Shown here piece after piece: positions 42,062 through 52,118 of a DNA stretch of 64,000 nucleotides. The notes beneath the pieces were generated by a model, which saw nothing but the letters and a program-made list of their open reading frames with translations, was not told where the DNA came from and made no database searches. A program made the position numbers and the translations under genes. This DNA comes from Candidatus Bathyarchaeota archaeon. GTDB lineage: Archaea; Thermoproteota; Bathyarchaeia; Bathyarchaeales; Bathycorpusculaceae. Position 1 is the first letter of the stretch; every line of letters begins with the position of its first letter. Location of the stretch: positions 480,001-544,000 of the forward strand of contig CAWHXY010000007.1 in assembly GCA_963833575.1 (NCBI GenBank), read 5' to 3'.

Positions 42062-43021
42062 ATGAAACTGAAAAGGATGCTCACGCTCTTTCTTGCCGTT
42101 TTGTTAGTGGCATCAAGCTCTCTTTTTCTTTGTGCGCATGCGCTTTATGTAATTTATAATACACCAGCGATAGTTTCTCAAGGGACAAATGGATATGCAC
42201 AGGGTAAATCAACAAGTGGATATACGTGCATTGTGAATCTTTTTCGCGCTCCAAAAATTGGTGACACATTGATTATGGGTATAAATCAAAACATCAACGA
42301 TATTGAATATCTTTCGAGCATTTCAGAGTCAGGAACTACTTGGTATATTGCAGCCAATTACACTTATGGCGAAAACTATGCAGCCTTCGTCTGCTATGCA
42401 TATATTAACGGCACGACCGGAACGCGAATAAACATCACTTTCACAGGTGACACGATTTACGGTGTTTCTGCTGACGTATGTGAATGGTCAGGGATATTGT
42501 CAACATCTCCTGTTGATAGAAACGCAACTAACTATGGTAGCGCTTTTACTGCTGACACAGGTACTACCGCCACCACAAGACAAACTCGTGAGGTATTTGT
42601 CGGAGTAATAGCCACAGGTGCCAGTTATGCACAAACTTTGAGTTCTGCAAGTGTCACTAATGGTTATACAATGCTTGATGGACGACCTTCTTCTGGCTTG
42701 CTCTCGCACGAATCTCTAGCTTATATTTATAAAGTTGCAAGCGGTGAAGAAACCGCTGATGCTGGAACAACTTCTTCTAATACACTATGGGCTGGATGTA
42801 TTGCCACTTTCTACGCATCCCCTATCTCAACTACTTCTGCTGGCTCGACTACCTCTCCGTCGACAAACCCTACTCCTACACACACCTCGACTCCAATAAC
42901 TCAACCAACGCTTTCTCCGACATCTACGGTTCCAGAGTTTCCAACTTTGATTCTGCCTCTTTTTGCAACGATGATATTTTTATCAATTCTTTTTACCAGA
43001 AAAAGAATACTCAACAAATAG
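42062..43021 (+). CDS. Secreted surface protein with PEF-CTERM
   Basis: Signal peptide; domain shared with 31687-33735 (GDTLI, ESG..W, E.SGIL, GCIATF); VPEF + TM + RKR. Confidence 0.8.
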   Translation: MKLKRMLTLFLAVLLVASSSLFLCAHALYVIYNTPAIVSQGTNGYAQGKSTSGYTCIVNLFRAPKIGDTLIMGINQNINDIEYLSSISESGTTWYIAANYTYGENYAAFVCYAYINGTTGTRINITFTGDTIYGVSADVCEWSGILSTSPVDRNATNYGSAFTADTGTTATTRQTREVFVGVIATGASYAQTLSSASVTNGYTMLDGRPSSGLLSHESLAYIYKVASGEETADAGTTSSNTLWAGCIATFYASPISTTSAGSTTSPSTNPTPTHTSTPITQPTLSPTSTVPEFPTLILPLFATMIFLSILFTRKRILNK

Positions 43022-43298
43022 TTTCCATTTTTGTTTTTTGACATAAAAAGTAACCCCACTACTTTGCAAATCAACACCATACAAATAGACGCCGTAACGC
43101 TAAATGTAGCAAGTCCACCTTATGGAATTAGACAGCGCCAAATTCTCATGTCAATTAATCTTTGAATTATAGTTTGTAGGGTATTTGCCAAAATTGAACA
43201 ATGCTTAACACTTAAACAAACGGTAGAGTAACTGGCGGCTTTGAAAAAGTTAGGTGCGGCCTTTGACTTTTGCCGCTAATTTTCCCATTGAATGTTAT

Positions 43299-43748
43299 TT
43301 ATTGAGTGCCTGTGATTGTTACGCTGCAGCTGAAGGTTGTCATGGATCCGCAGTTTGATGCTGCTGTCACGGTTAATACTGCTGGGACCGAGTTTCCGGC
43401 TGACAGGATTGTGTTTTGTTGGTTCCATGTTAAGGTTAATGAAAGTGTGGCGTTGGATGGGCTCCAATTGCTTGCTGCCATTGTTAGTGTTTCGGGTACG
43501 TTGCCGGTGTTTTTGATGTACACTGTTTGTGTGGCTGTTCCTCCTGGGTTAATTGCTCCAACGTTTAGGGCTGTGGCGGTTTGTGTGCAGCCACTGTCGG
43601 AGTACACGCCTACGTTTACTGCAGTTATTGATCCGCTGAGGGGAACGACTTGATTTGAGGTTAGTACTGCTGCTGTTGTTACAGTTAGAAGTAGTCCTGC
43701 TATTACGACTGCGATTATTGCTCCTTTGGATAGCTTTTTAAATTCCAT
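43299..43748 (-). CDS. Small secreted protein with an Ig-like domain
   Basis: ATG at 43748, signal peptide, VGVYSDSGCT..PG..YIKNTGN. Confidence 0.75.
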   Translation of the reverse strand: MEFKKLSKGAIIAVVIAGLLLTVTTAAVLTSNQVVPLSGSITAVNVGVYSDSGCTQTATALNVGAINPGGTATQTVYIKNTGNVPETLTMAASNWSPSNATLSLTLTWNQQNTILSAGNSVPAVLTVTAASNCGSMTTFSCSVTITGTQ

Positions 43749-44199
43749 GTTGTATCCACACACGTTTAGTATCACAAGTCTTGAGTATTAATAAACATTA
43801 TCATCTGAAAGAAGTGCCGTCTGTGAGAAGTACACAAATACACTTCCTCAACCAAAAACTTCCCGTTTAGCTTACGCAGACCTAAGCCCGAGGGCGTTTT
43901 TGCAATCTTGTTAACATGAGCATAAGCTGGCTACACAATGGCCACAGCACAAACTAGAACTCGCAGAAGAAATCACAATCAAAACCAAACAAAAACTCGC
44001 GCACCTCATGACTCCCAGTACAACACCAAGACGCCAACAATAAACAAATATTCATCAAATCCTCAAGGTCACATTTCAAATTATTGCGTTATTTTAATCA
44101 ATTCTCCTGTTTACACGCACATCAGTTAGTACGAACCAACATTCAAAACTGCTATGAGGGCCGCAAGCATTACTTCATATTGTAACTAGACAACTCGAA

Positions 44200-44544
44200 G
44201 TGGAATGCGTGGTCAAAATTCAAACTATCATCTGTTCTACCCTGCTTCTTCTAGGAGCAGCAGATTTGCTGACCACAGTTGTGGGCGTATCAAGCAAAGG
44301 CGCCATTGAAGTTAACCCAGTGTTTGCAACCCTCACCCAAACAAATATCTTAGCCTTCATAAGCCTAAAACTGCTTGCCGTGCTGTCCATAAGTTTTCTT
44401 TTTCTGGGCGCTGCAAAAATCGCCAAGACCTCAAATGACAACATTATTGGAAAATACTTTGTGCCCTCAGCCTCAATGGTCTCTTGTTTCATAATGACTG
44501 GAGTCGTAGCAAACAACCTGTTAATTATTCTTCACGTACCATGA
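44200..44544 (+). CDS. Small membrane protein (DUF5658-like)
   Basis: DLLTT..G..E.NP..K..NN pattern, three TM helices. Confidence 0.7.
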   Translation: MECVVKIQTIICSTLLLLGAADLLTTVVGVSSKGAIEVNPVFATLTQTNILAFISLKLLAVLSISFLFLGAAKIAKTSNDNIIGKYFVPSASMVSCFIMTGVVANNLLIILHVP

Positions 44545-44846
44545 ACAAATCACAGCCCCACTATACCAACATATATAGATCAATAACTACAAAATCCGAA
44601 AGTACAAGTTCTGAATTATTGCTGTGCGCACTCACTAATTTTCTCACTTTTCGCACGCACTCAAAACTTTCTGTAAACAGCCAATGAAATTTAAACGATT
44701 ACAAACTGTTTTTGTTATTGGCGTTTAAGGCAAAAAAACCTGAGAATTAATACATAAATAACGTCATACTTGTACACCGATTTGTAGGACAAGAATGTTT
44801 TTATTTTCCTGAACAAATAAGATACTTATATTGTGGAAGAAAGTCT

Positions 44847-45062
44847 ATGTCTTCAACGTACACCATACGGATACCGCGTGAACTGAAAGAGAAAATGGAA
44901 AAAAACCCTGAAGAGTGGAGTGTGGAAATCAGAAATTTCCTTGAAGAAAGGGTCAAGCAAATTGAACTTATGAAAACAATTCAACAGATAGAGTCAAGAG
45001 CTGAAAAAAGGAAAACAAAAACAGACTCAACCATTCTTATCAGAGAGGACCGAGAACGATAA
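44847..45062 (+). CDS. vapB: VapB-type antitoxin (ribbon-helix-helix)
   Basis: TIRIPRELKEKM..WSVEIRNF...LIREDRE. Confidence 0.85.
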   Translation: MSSTYTIRIPRELKEKMEKNPEEWSVEIRNFLEERVKQIELMKTIQQIESRAEKRKTKTDSTILIREDRER

Positions 45063-45487
45063 AACTAATCCTTGACTCCAGTATTCTTTCAAAACTGGTG
45101 TTGAATGAGTCTGATTCTAAAGAGGCTAGAACTGAGGTCAGCGACTTCTTAAAAAAAGGATACACTCTTTGCACAGTAGACATAGCATTGGCTGAGTGTC
45201 TAAATGTAATTTGGAAACATTCAAACTTACTAAAAGATCTAGAGCCCAAAGAAGCAAGCTTGGCGGCGCAAGACCTCACAAAACTGTATGATGCCTTATC
45301 AGTCACCCCGACAAGAGAGTTAAAAGATGAAGCAATGCAAATTGCCATATCTCAAAACATAACTGTATATGATGCATTGTTCATAGCGGCCACGCAAAAA
45401 ATAAACGCCACTCTATACACAGCAGACAAAAAACTCTACTCTAAAACAGATAAACACATAAAATCAAAACTGCTAACAAAAGAATAA
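45059..45487 (+). CDS. vapC: VapC PIN-domain toxin, apparent ATA start overlapping the vapB stop
   Basis: (I)KLILDSS, E..N.IWK, YDALFIA, TAD PIN motifs; the first PIN strand and Asp lie upstream of the ORF-track start at 45098. Confidence 0.88.
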   Translation: MKLILDSSILSKLVLNESDSKEARTEVSDFLKKGYTLCTVDIALAECLNVIWKHSNLLKDLEPKEASLAAQDLTKLYDALSVTPTRELKDEAMQIAISQNITVYDALFIAATQKINATLYTADKKLYSKTDKHIKSKLLTKE

Positions 45488-45674
45488 ATAGTTCTGAAAA
45501 AATCATTTGGATCCATTGTACTGTACCACCTCACTTGCTATTTTTTTTACCATTTCGTTCTGGTTAGTCGTGACTATCCCCGTAATAATGTTTTGAAAGA
45601 CAATTTAGGCCTAATATGCCGTTATCATTCTCCCATCAAAGCGGAGATAACGAGCACCTAACTGTAACGAGGCT

Positions 45675-46091
45675 TTACTGGCAAACTTTTTGCAGAAAAT
45701 CTTTCGCCTGTGGAATTTTGTCTTGCCATTTCTCTGCTTCATTGATCCAATGCTGTCGCCAATCTCGGTTAGGATGAGGATCATTCCATTGGCTAAAAGC
45801 TAATCCAAATGATCTAGCTTTTTCGTCTAGTTTCTGTTTCTCTTTTTGCTCTTCACTGGTAAGTTTTTGCGGTTGCTCTTCTGGAATGAGTTTTCGTGAG
45901 TATCGGTATTGATATTTCTCGTACACTTCTTTTGTGATTAAATGTTCCTGGTAAGCCGCTTTCGTGAGTAAGAGAAGCCCAGCGTAGGATTTGCCAAGTT
46001 CGTGTGCCGCCTGAAATTTAATTATTGCAAAATAAAGTTCGGGCGGTAAACAAAGTTTCATTATGTGTTCTTGAGTGAATTCTTTACCCAT
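45675..46091 (-). CDS. Module gene C: 138 aa, N-terminal RHH-like DNA-binding motif
   Basis: HIMKLCLPPELYFAII...GKSYAGLLLL strand-helix-helix; 5 aa differences from 59585-60001. Confidence 0.75.
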   Translation of the reverse strand: MGKEFTQEHIMKLCLPPELYFAIIKFQAAHELGKSYAGLLLLTKAAYQEHLITKEVYEKYQYRYSRKLIPEEQPQKLTSEEQKEKQKLDEKARSFGLAFSQWNDPHPNRDWRQHWINEAEKWQDKIPQAKDFLQKVCQ

Positions 46092-46219
46092 CTTGATTCC
46101 TTCCTCTTTATCCCGCTTTCCAAGAAGGAAAGACGTTTGGACAATGTTAACGTAGTAACAAATAGGAAAATAGTAGACTTAACTAGCTAGCTACCTGAAA
46201 AAAAAAATAAAAAAGCTAC

Positions 46220-46768
46220 CTACCCTCCATCTTCGCTTTCTTGGTTTTGAGAGTTCTTTTCATCTGAATCGTTTAAATCTTTCAACTGGCTGATTTCTTT
46301 ACAATTATCTTCATAGAATCCTCTAGGAATGCGAAACAGATGTGCTCCATTTTCTTTTAGGTCTGAAAGAAATTCTTCTCTGTCTTTATCGGTCCAGGTA
46401 CGCATATGGGATAGGCATTCGGATAGATCTGTTTCGAAATTGTAAAAATGCAGCTTAAAGAAGTAATCAACAATTTCCTTGTTTTGGCCACCCGCTAACA
46501 AAGTCGTTGCAACATAGCAGTAAAGATCTGTTACACGCCTAAAGATTACTTCAGAGGGTTTGAGGAGTAATTCTGCGTTCTTGATTAGAATTTCTTCGTC
46601 TCCGGTTTTTAGCCACTCTTCTTCTATGTCATTGACTTTTTGGAAAAGGATCCTTTCAGCGTCTGAGAAAGACTTGAAATCAATATGGATTATCTCTTTA
46701 GGGTCAGGGTCGTTGATTTTCTTTGACAAATTATCAATCCTCTTAACTAATCCGAAATTTTTAACCAA
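46220..46768 (-). CDS. Module gene B: unknown helical protein
   Basis: Paralog at 60131-60728 (LVKRID, FF.LHFYNFETDL, WTDKD, LFRIPRGF). Confidence 0.75.
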   Translation of the reverse strand: MVKNFGLVKRIDNLSKKINDPDPKEIIHIDFKSFSDAERILFQKVNDIEEEWLKTGDEEILIKNAELLLKPSEVIFRRVTDLYCYVATTLLAGGQNKEIVDYFFKLHFYNFETDLSECLSHMRTWTDKDREEFLSDLKENGAHLFRIPRGFYEDNCKEISQLKDLNDSDEKNSQNQESEDGG

Positions 46769-46892
46769 AAATTACCTCTCCGTTTTTCTTGTTTGCCATC
46801 TGCCAAGTTTTTGGAACACAACAACGATAGCATAACCAAAATTTTAGTAACGATCTATTCAAAATTGGTTGAAAAGCAAAGCTGTGAAGTTT

Positions 46893-47285
46893 TCAAGGCA
46901 CAAAAACTCCCTTAGCTGCTAACTTTTCGAGAGCCTTTAATCTGTAAACAAGGTCAGGCAATACGAGTGTTTCATACATCATCGAATTTACCTTGAGCAT
47001 GGTGTTTAGGGCGCCTAGTTGGACTATGGGGTTGTCGGATGAGAGCATTCGTAGGCTGGCTTGGCGGTAGATTTGTTCGTATCTGTTGGTTATTTTGAAT
47101 AGTACATCTTCGGGTTTGGTGATGCTCTGCAGGTAGGGCTGCCAATTTGCTCGGGTTTCGAAATCGTTGTAGAGCGTTCGCTCTGCGCAGCCGTTTTTTT
47201 CGCTTAATTGTTTTATTATTTCTGCCTGGGAGTAACCCAAGCCTTCAAGTTTTAACAATTCTGAACGTCGTTTAGCGACTTCCAA
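46893..47285 (-). CDS. Module gene A: HTH protein resembling terminase small subunits
   Basis: RR..LL.L...G.SQAEI..L......RTLYND HTH plus helical C-terminus; 18 aa differences from 60814-61206. Confidence 0.7.
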   Translation of the reverse strand: MEVAKRRSELLKLEGLGYSQAEIIKQLSEKNGCAERTLYNDFETRANWQPYLQSITKPEDVLFKITNRYEQIYRQASLRMLSSDNPIVQLGALNTMLKVNSMMYETLVLPDLVYRLKALEKLAAKGVFVP

Positions 47286-47524
47286 GAGAATTCACCTTGT
47301 AGACTGTACTTCTAACAAATTTGATTCATGATACATATCGTCAGACAATGTCCAACTGTAGAGCGAGGCCCCTTTCTCTGATTCAAATTCTAATCAAAAC
47401 TTTTCCAAACAGACACCATGCTTTGTCAAGAAACCAAAAAAAGAAGAAGCCACATGACCTAACGCGGACAAAATTAAATTCTCAATTCCAACTAACTTTT
47501 CAAAACTTTGATCTCCCCTAACAA

Positions 47525-48340
47525 TTAAAAAAGAAGCTTGGACAATCTGCGTATTGTTTTGCGGGTCACACCAAAGATTTCTTCAAGCTGTCTTTCTGAA
47601 ATGCCTTCTCCCTGATGTTTCCATACCGCCATATTTGCTGTTCTATAGATGGCTGCAGCAAAAAGTTTAGGCATCTTTTTGGCCGAAGCCTTATTGTTTA
47701 TTTGATAATGGGTCACTTTGTTTTTGGCGAAGTTTATAGTTTCAAGGCTTAATCCTGCTTTGTAGAGCTCTGGCAGTTTTGCTTGGATTAAACTGTTGAG
47801 TTCTTTGTCTGATTTGGCTTTGTCTGAAATTGCTTTTGAATATCTTTGAGCGCATTTCTTGAAAAGAACATTTTTTTCAGAGAGCGCGGGTTTTCCTTTT
47901 ATTCTTAGCGGTTGATTTCCGGTGGGTTCCAGATTTGCCTGCATGTGTGCCGATATTTCCGCGTTGGCGCGGTAGTCGCCTGAGCAATCTATCCAGTAGG
48001 TGAAATATGCTTGACAGGAGGAGCATTTGAAAACTATTAGGTCAAAATCTCCATATTTATGAGTTTTTTCAGAGCGGCAATAGATTTCCTCAAATACGTG
48101 ACTACACTTGGGGCATTTATCCGGGATTATGTCGCGGTCTTCTGTAAGAGTTTCAATTTTCATTTCAACTGAGAAATCTATTTTTTCAATTGCTTTGGAG
48201 TTTAATTCATTAATTATTAATTTTTTTTCCAGACGGCATCTTCCCTCTTTATCGTTAACATTTTTCAAGAAAAACATTGTGCACTGCATTATTGAAATTT
48301 CAAAAATGTGAGCGGGCATTGAAGGCCAACTCTCTCTCAA
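47525..48340 (-). CDS. TFIIB/TFB-like protein (zinc ribbon + single cyclin-like HTH repeat); start uncertain
   Basis: CPKC...CSSC; LFAAAIY...ISERQLEEIFGVTRKTIRR. Confidence 0.65.
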   Translation of the reverse strand: MRESWPSMPAHIFEISIMQCTMFFLKNVNDKEGRCRLEKKLIINELNSKAIEKIDFSVEMKIETLTEDRDIIPDKCPKCSHVFEEIYCRSEKTHKYGDFDLIVFKCSSCQAYFTYWIDCSGDYRANAEISAHMQANLEPTGNQPLRIKGKPALSEKNVLFKKCAQRYSKAISDKAKSDKELNSLIQAKLPELYKAGLSLETINFAKNKVTHYQINNKASAKKMPKLFAAAIYRTANMAVWKHQGEGISERQLEEIFGVTRKTIRRLSKLLF

Positions 48341-48429
48341 TAGAAGGCTAAATTCTGTCCATGAAAACCCCTGAAAACTACCCCATGGACTAGATTCATA
48401 GTTTATGTGTCATGCTAACAACCTGCGTT

Positions 48430-48806
48430 CCACAAGTTTTGGGTGAAGGGGGCTCAGAGACTCAGGAGCATTGGAGCATAGTTCGTTTTAGATCGGCAAA
48501 TATTTTTGCGCAAAAGATATAGTCTCTCGCCTAAAAAGCTATCGGTTATCTTCAGGCTCTCGACACCAAACAACACAAAACCATCCCCTTCCCCACTTAA
48601 AGTTGCAAAACGCCAAACAAAAATAAGCTCAATTCTTAATCATTTAACAAATTCGGGCAGGAAAAACCGACTTTAAACTAGACCAACCCCCTAAAACCGC
48701 AACTTTCTTGCAAACCATCTTTTGAATTCAACCAAAAACCACATAGTCCTTTCAGATCTTTTTTTGCCATTTAATATATTAGTAAACAAATAATTGTGAC
48801 TTGCAA
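48430..48806. other. Conserved non-coding leader of the module, copy 1
   Basis: Aligns with 61265-61634; no ORF conserved between copies. Confidence 0.7.
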
Positions 48807-48852
48807 ACAGACTTAAATTACGTACAGCCAGTTTGCTGGTGAGTAAAACAAG

Positions 48853-49863
48853 ATGGACAAAATAATACGCGAAGACATTGAAAAAATAAAAAGCAACGTG
48901 AAAGAGGAATTTTTCGCATCAAAAAAAGTCCTGGTAACGGGTGGCGTGGGGTTTATCGGCAGTTGGCTTTGCGATGTGCTTGTTGATTTTGGCGCTGATG
49001 TAACGGCTGTTGATGATTTGTCAACTGGACGAATGAAAAACATAAACCATTTAACGAATACCTCCAAATTTAGGTTTATAAAAGAAGACGTTTGCAAGTT
49101 CCGCAGCCAAGAAAAATTCGATCTAATTTTGCATATGGCGGGACATGCTTCTCCTGACGAGTACCTGGAACATCCAATTGAAACGCTTCAAACCAGTTCT
49201 GTGGGCAGTGCCATTATGGCGGAGTTAGCAAGGAAGAATGATGCTACTTTGCTGTTTGCATCTACCTCGGAGGTTTATGGTGATGCTGAGGTTATTCCTA
49301 CGCCTGAGAGTTACTGGGGAAAAGTTAACCCGATTGGTCCCCGATCATGCTATGATGAGGGAAAACGGTATGCGGAAGCGTTGCTTGTCGCGTATCATAA
49401 ACAATATGGCTTGGATGTAAAGCTGCCGAGGATTTTTAACACCTATGGCCCACGCTTAAGAGAAGATGGGTTGTATGGCAGAACAATGTCACGTTTCATC
49501 CTGCAGGCTTTAACTGGAGAACCGATAACAGTTTACGGTGATGGAAACCAAACCCGATCATTTTGTCATATAACAGATACCGTAACGGGTTTGCTGGAGC
49601 TGGCAGCATGCAAGAAGGCTAAAGGCGAAACCGCAAACATCGGAAACCCCCAAGAAGTAACCATCATAGAACTTGCAAAAAGAATTAAAGAAATAATCAA
49701 CTCCAACTCGCCAATAGAGTTTCGCTCACTACCCAAAGATGACCCAAAAAGACGCTGCCCAGACACACACAAAATAGAAACACTCGTAAACTGGAAACCA
49801 AAAATAACCTTCGAAGAGGGGCTCAAAAGAACAATAACATGGTTTACATCAAACATAGCCTAA
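48853..49863 (+). CDS. UDP-glucuronate decarboxylase (UXS-like SDR)
   Basis: TGGVGFIGS, ASP, ASTSEVYGD, YWGKVNPIGPRSCYDEGKR, QTRSFC, DDPKRRCPD. Confidence 0.92.
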   Translation: MDKIIREDIEKIKSNVKEEFFASKKVLVTGGVGFIGSWLCDVLVDFGADVTAVDDLSTGRMKNINHLTNTSKFRFIKEDVCKFRSQEKFDLILHMAGHASPDEYLEHPIETLQTSSVGSAIMAELARKNDATLLFASTSEVYGDAEVIPTPESYWGKVNPIGPRSCYDEGKRYAEALLVAYHKQYGLDVKLPRIFNTYGPRLREDGLYGRTMSRFILQALTGEPITVYGDGNQTRSFCHITDTVTGLLELAACKKAKGETANIGNPQEVTIIELAKRIKEIINSNSPIEFRSLPKDDPKRRCPDTHKIETLVNWKPKITFEEGLKRTITWFTSNIA

Positions 49864-50129
49864 AAACAGAACAGAAAAACCTCAAGAAAAACACTCTTCG
49901 AATAACTAGAAAATACAGACATGCAGGTTAGTCTAATTTTTCCAAACTCGATAATAAACGCGCTGCTTGAACTGCTATAACAAGTGGCTCTACTTTTTAG
50001 GCATTTTATTTGTGATATAGCATAGCGCGCGCAATATGTTGCATGTATAGCCTAAAACGAGTAAACACTTGTTGCCTTCTTTTGAGAATGATTAACCACA
50101 TTTACCTTAACCAACCTTAGTAGTCCGCC

Positions 50130-50270
50130 GTCGTGGTCGTCGTAGTTTGGTTGGTTGGATTAAGATTTAGTCCACACACACAAACGACCTCTCAGAAGAT
50201 TATGTGGTATAGAACCTACTGGTGTAGGTTAAAAAACAATAATCCTTTCTTGGGTATGGTATTGGTAGGT
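50130..50270. repeat. Back-to-back copies of a low-complexity TTAATCC-(AC-rich)-CGACC element
   Basis: 50130-50163 (-) matches 54953-54978 (+); 50166-50270 (+) resembles 58628-58727 (+). Confidence 0.65.
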
Positions 50271-50407
50271 AGGTATGTAGGTAAAAATAATGTATGTGCT
50301 AACTAAAAGTTAAGGCATACATTTCAACAGGGCATACATTTGTTAAAGAAAACAAAAAGAAGGAAGATGGGAGCTTTGGGTCAAGCTCCTATTTGATTAA
50401 TCGTTGC

Positions 50408-51058
50408 TTAACTATTGTGCTGGAACATAGAGTCTGAAAGTGAAGGATTAATCTGGATATTGGTGAACGTAGCCGTGTCTCCTGCATTTGTTTGTCCACT
50501 GGGTATGGTGTAAGTATAGCTTCCAGAGCCACCATAGTAGGTTAGCATGTTTACGTATACACCTGCTGACGATTGAACGGTGGACTGAAAAGATGAGTAT
50601 TCGGCAGAAAGGTCAGTCCATGTTCCGCCACTATTTTCCCATACTTTCTGCTGGGCGCCGTTAATAATTAACTCGGTGGTGCCGCTCGAAGGCGTCGTTA
50701 CAACCCACAGTAGCTCTGCGTTAGACGTCCCAATGTTCTTTGCCGCATAATATACCGTATCAATTACTGTGCCATTGCTAGCTCTACCTGTCTCGTTGAA
50801 CTCATAACTGGTTGCAGTCGCAATACCGCTAGTTGAGGTTGAAGTTGGTTTGGGTGTAGCTGTTGCACTTGAACTACTTGTAGCCGTCGCAGTTGGTTTA
50901 GGTGTAGGTGTAGCGCTGGAGCTGGCATTACTGCTACCACGTGTGGCCACATATACGCCGACTCCCACCACAATAACTGCAATGATAACTATTGCAACGA
51001 TAATTAACGTGCTTATAGCGCGCGTGCTGTTTCTATTTATTATTTTTCTTTCTCCCAT
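50408..51058 (-). CDS. Secreted S/T-rich protein with a class III (prepilin-like) signal peptide
   Basis: RNSTRA|ISTLIIVAIVIIAVIVVG, PT/S linker. Confidence 0.7.
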   Translation of the reverse strand: MGERKIINRNSTRAISTLIIVAIVIIAVIVVGVGVYVATRGSSNASSSATPTPKPTATATSSSSATATPKPTSTSTSGIATATSYEFNETGRASNGTVIDTVYYAAKNIGTSNAELLWVVTTPSSGTTELIINGAQQKVWENSGGTWTDLSAEYSSFQSTVQSSAGVYVNMLTYYGGSGSYTYTIPSGQTNAGDTATFTNIQINPSLSDSMFQHNS

Positions 51059-51287
51059 TTTTAATCCCTGTTTTGTATAATTTGCTCTTTGCAAATATAA
51101 GCTTACTACGAACTTTAGTTCCTCAAATGGAACGATTTACGGCGTTTTTTAACTTTCAAGTTGCCTTGGTGTTGGTTAATAATCAATTTTGTGCCCATCT
51201 TCAAAATCTATGGAAAAACTATGGAAATCTATGGACTTGCCATTGTACCCATAGATAGTGCGCGTGTTTGAATATGTGGTTTGAATT

Positions 51288-51399
51288 TTGGGTTTGTTGA
51301 GGCTCTGGCACAGAATATAGGAGAAAAGAGCAAACGAAAATGCTCTCTCACGCACTATGGCTATCGCGTGAATTTTAACCAGAGCCTACTCAACCCCAA
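51288..51399. repeat. Structured intergenic repeat, copy 2, with terminal inverted arms
   Basis: ttgggtttgttgaggctctgg / ccagagcctactcaaccccaa (17/21 complementary); inner stems agagca/tgctct and tcacgc/gcgtga. Confidence 0.8.
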
Positions 51400-51451
51400 T
51401 CTTTCTCAATAGCTTTTTTAGCACGCGTTATACCTAAATAAAAAAATAGGA

Positions 51452-51748
51452 TTAAGCTGGAATTAACGTAAAACCTAGTCCCTCAAGTCGCGCCTGAAAA
51501 GAACCTAAGTAATTGACATTTTCTAATGGCTCTGAGTTTTTTGCTTCCTTCTTGATTATCTTGTACTCTGTTGGCTCTTCACCCTCACGTTTACTGACAA
51601 TTTCAAGTTTCCGCTTAGAAGCAACTTGAGCGATTTGGCAAATTTCACGTTCTAAGATAGCTTGATCATCAGCAAGTTCAGCTATGAAAGATTGAGCGAA
51701 AAAGGACTCAGGCGCATAAAGCCAAAGAATCGGTACTTTACCAGTCAA
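51452..51748 (-). CDS. Hypothetical protein
   Basis: 98 aa ORF, SD ggagg upstream. Confidence 0.55.
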   Translation of the reverse strand: MTGKVPILWLYAPESFFAQSFIAELADDQAILEREICQIAQVASKRKLEIVSKREGEEPTEYKIIKKEAKNSEPLENVNYLGSFQARLEGLGFTLIPA

Positions 51749-52118
51749 TCCACATTCGCCTCCCTTCTTATCTTTTAGTCTTCACTGTTAATTTTGGAAG
51801 TGAAGTTAAGCCGCTTATGGCGGCTAAATCTTGAATAAGATGCCTTCTTTTCTTGGGGAGAAAAGCAGCGATTCGTTGGTCGCATGCAACTTGTTTTTGA
51901 GGATTTGGTGTTTGCCTGCGATTCATGTGAGTTTAATAGCCTTGGACAGTTAAGCCTCTGCCAGCGGCTTCTCTCACTTCACTTTTCAGGAAGCTTGTTG
52001 TGCGGTTTAAATTTTGCGGTAGCAAGCTCAGATCAGCCCGCTTGTGGCAAAAATTAAAATCGATTGTATGCTCATTTGGTACAAGTGAAGGCTCTCGTTT
52101 ACGATAATAATCGAGTAA

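Larger units (their letters stand above)
45426..48806 (-). mobile_element. Repeated three-gene module, copy 1 (carries an extra TFB-like gene)
   Basis: Colinear homology to 59344-61634, including non-coding flanks; mobility inferred. Confidence 0.6.

Noticed and set aside
51810-52050. Possible IS remnant or hairpin upstream of serA
   Set aside because: Only a 6-bp stem and a broken reading frame; no transposase motif recognised.
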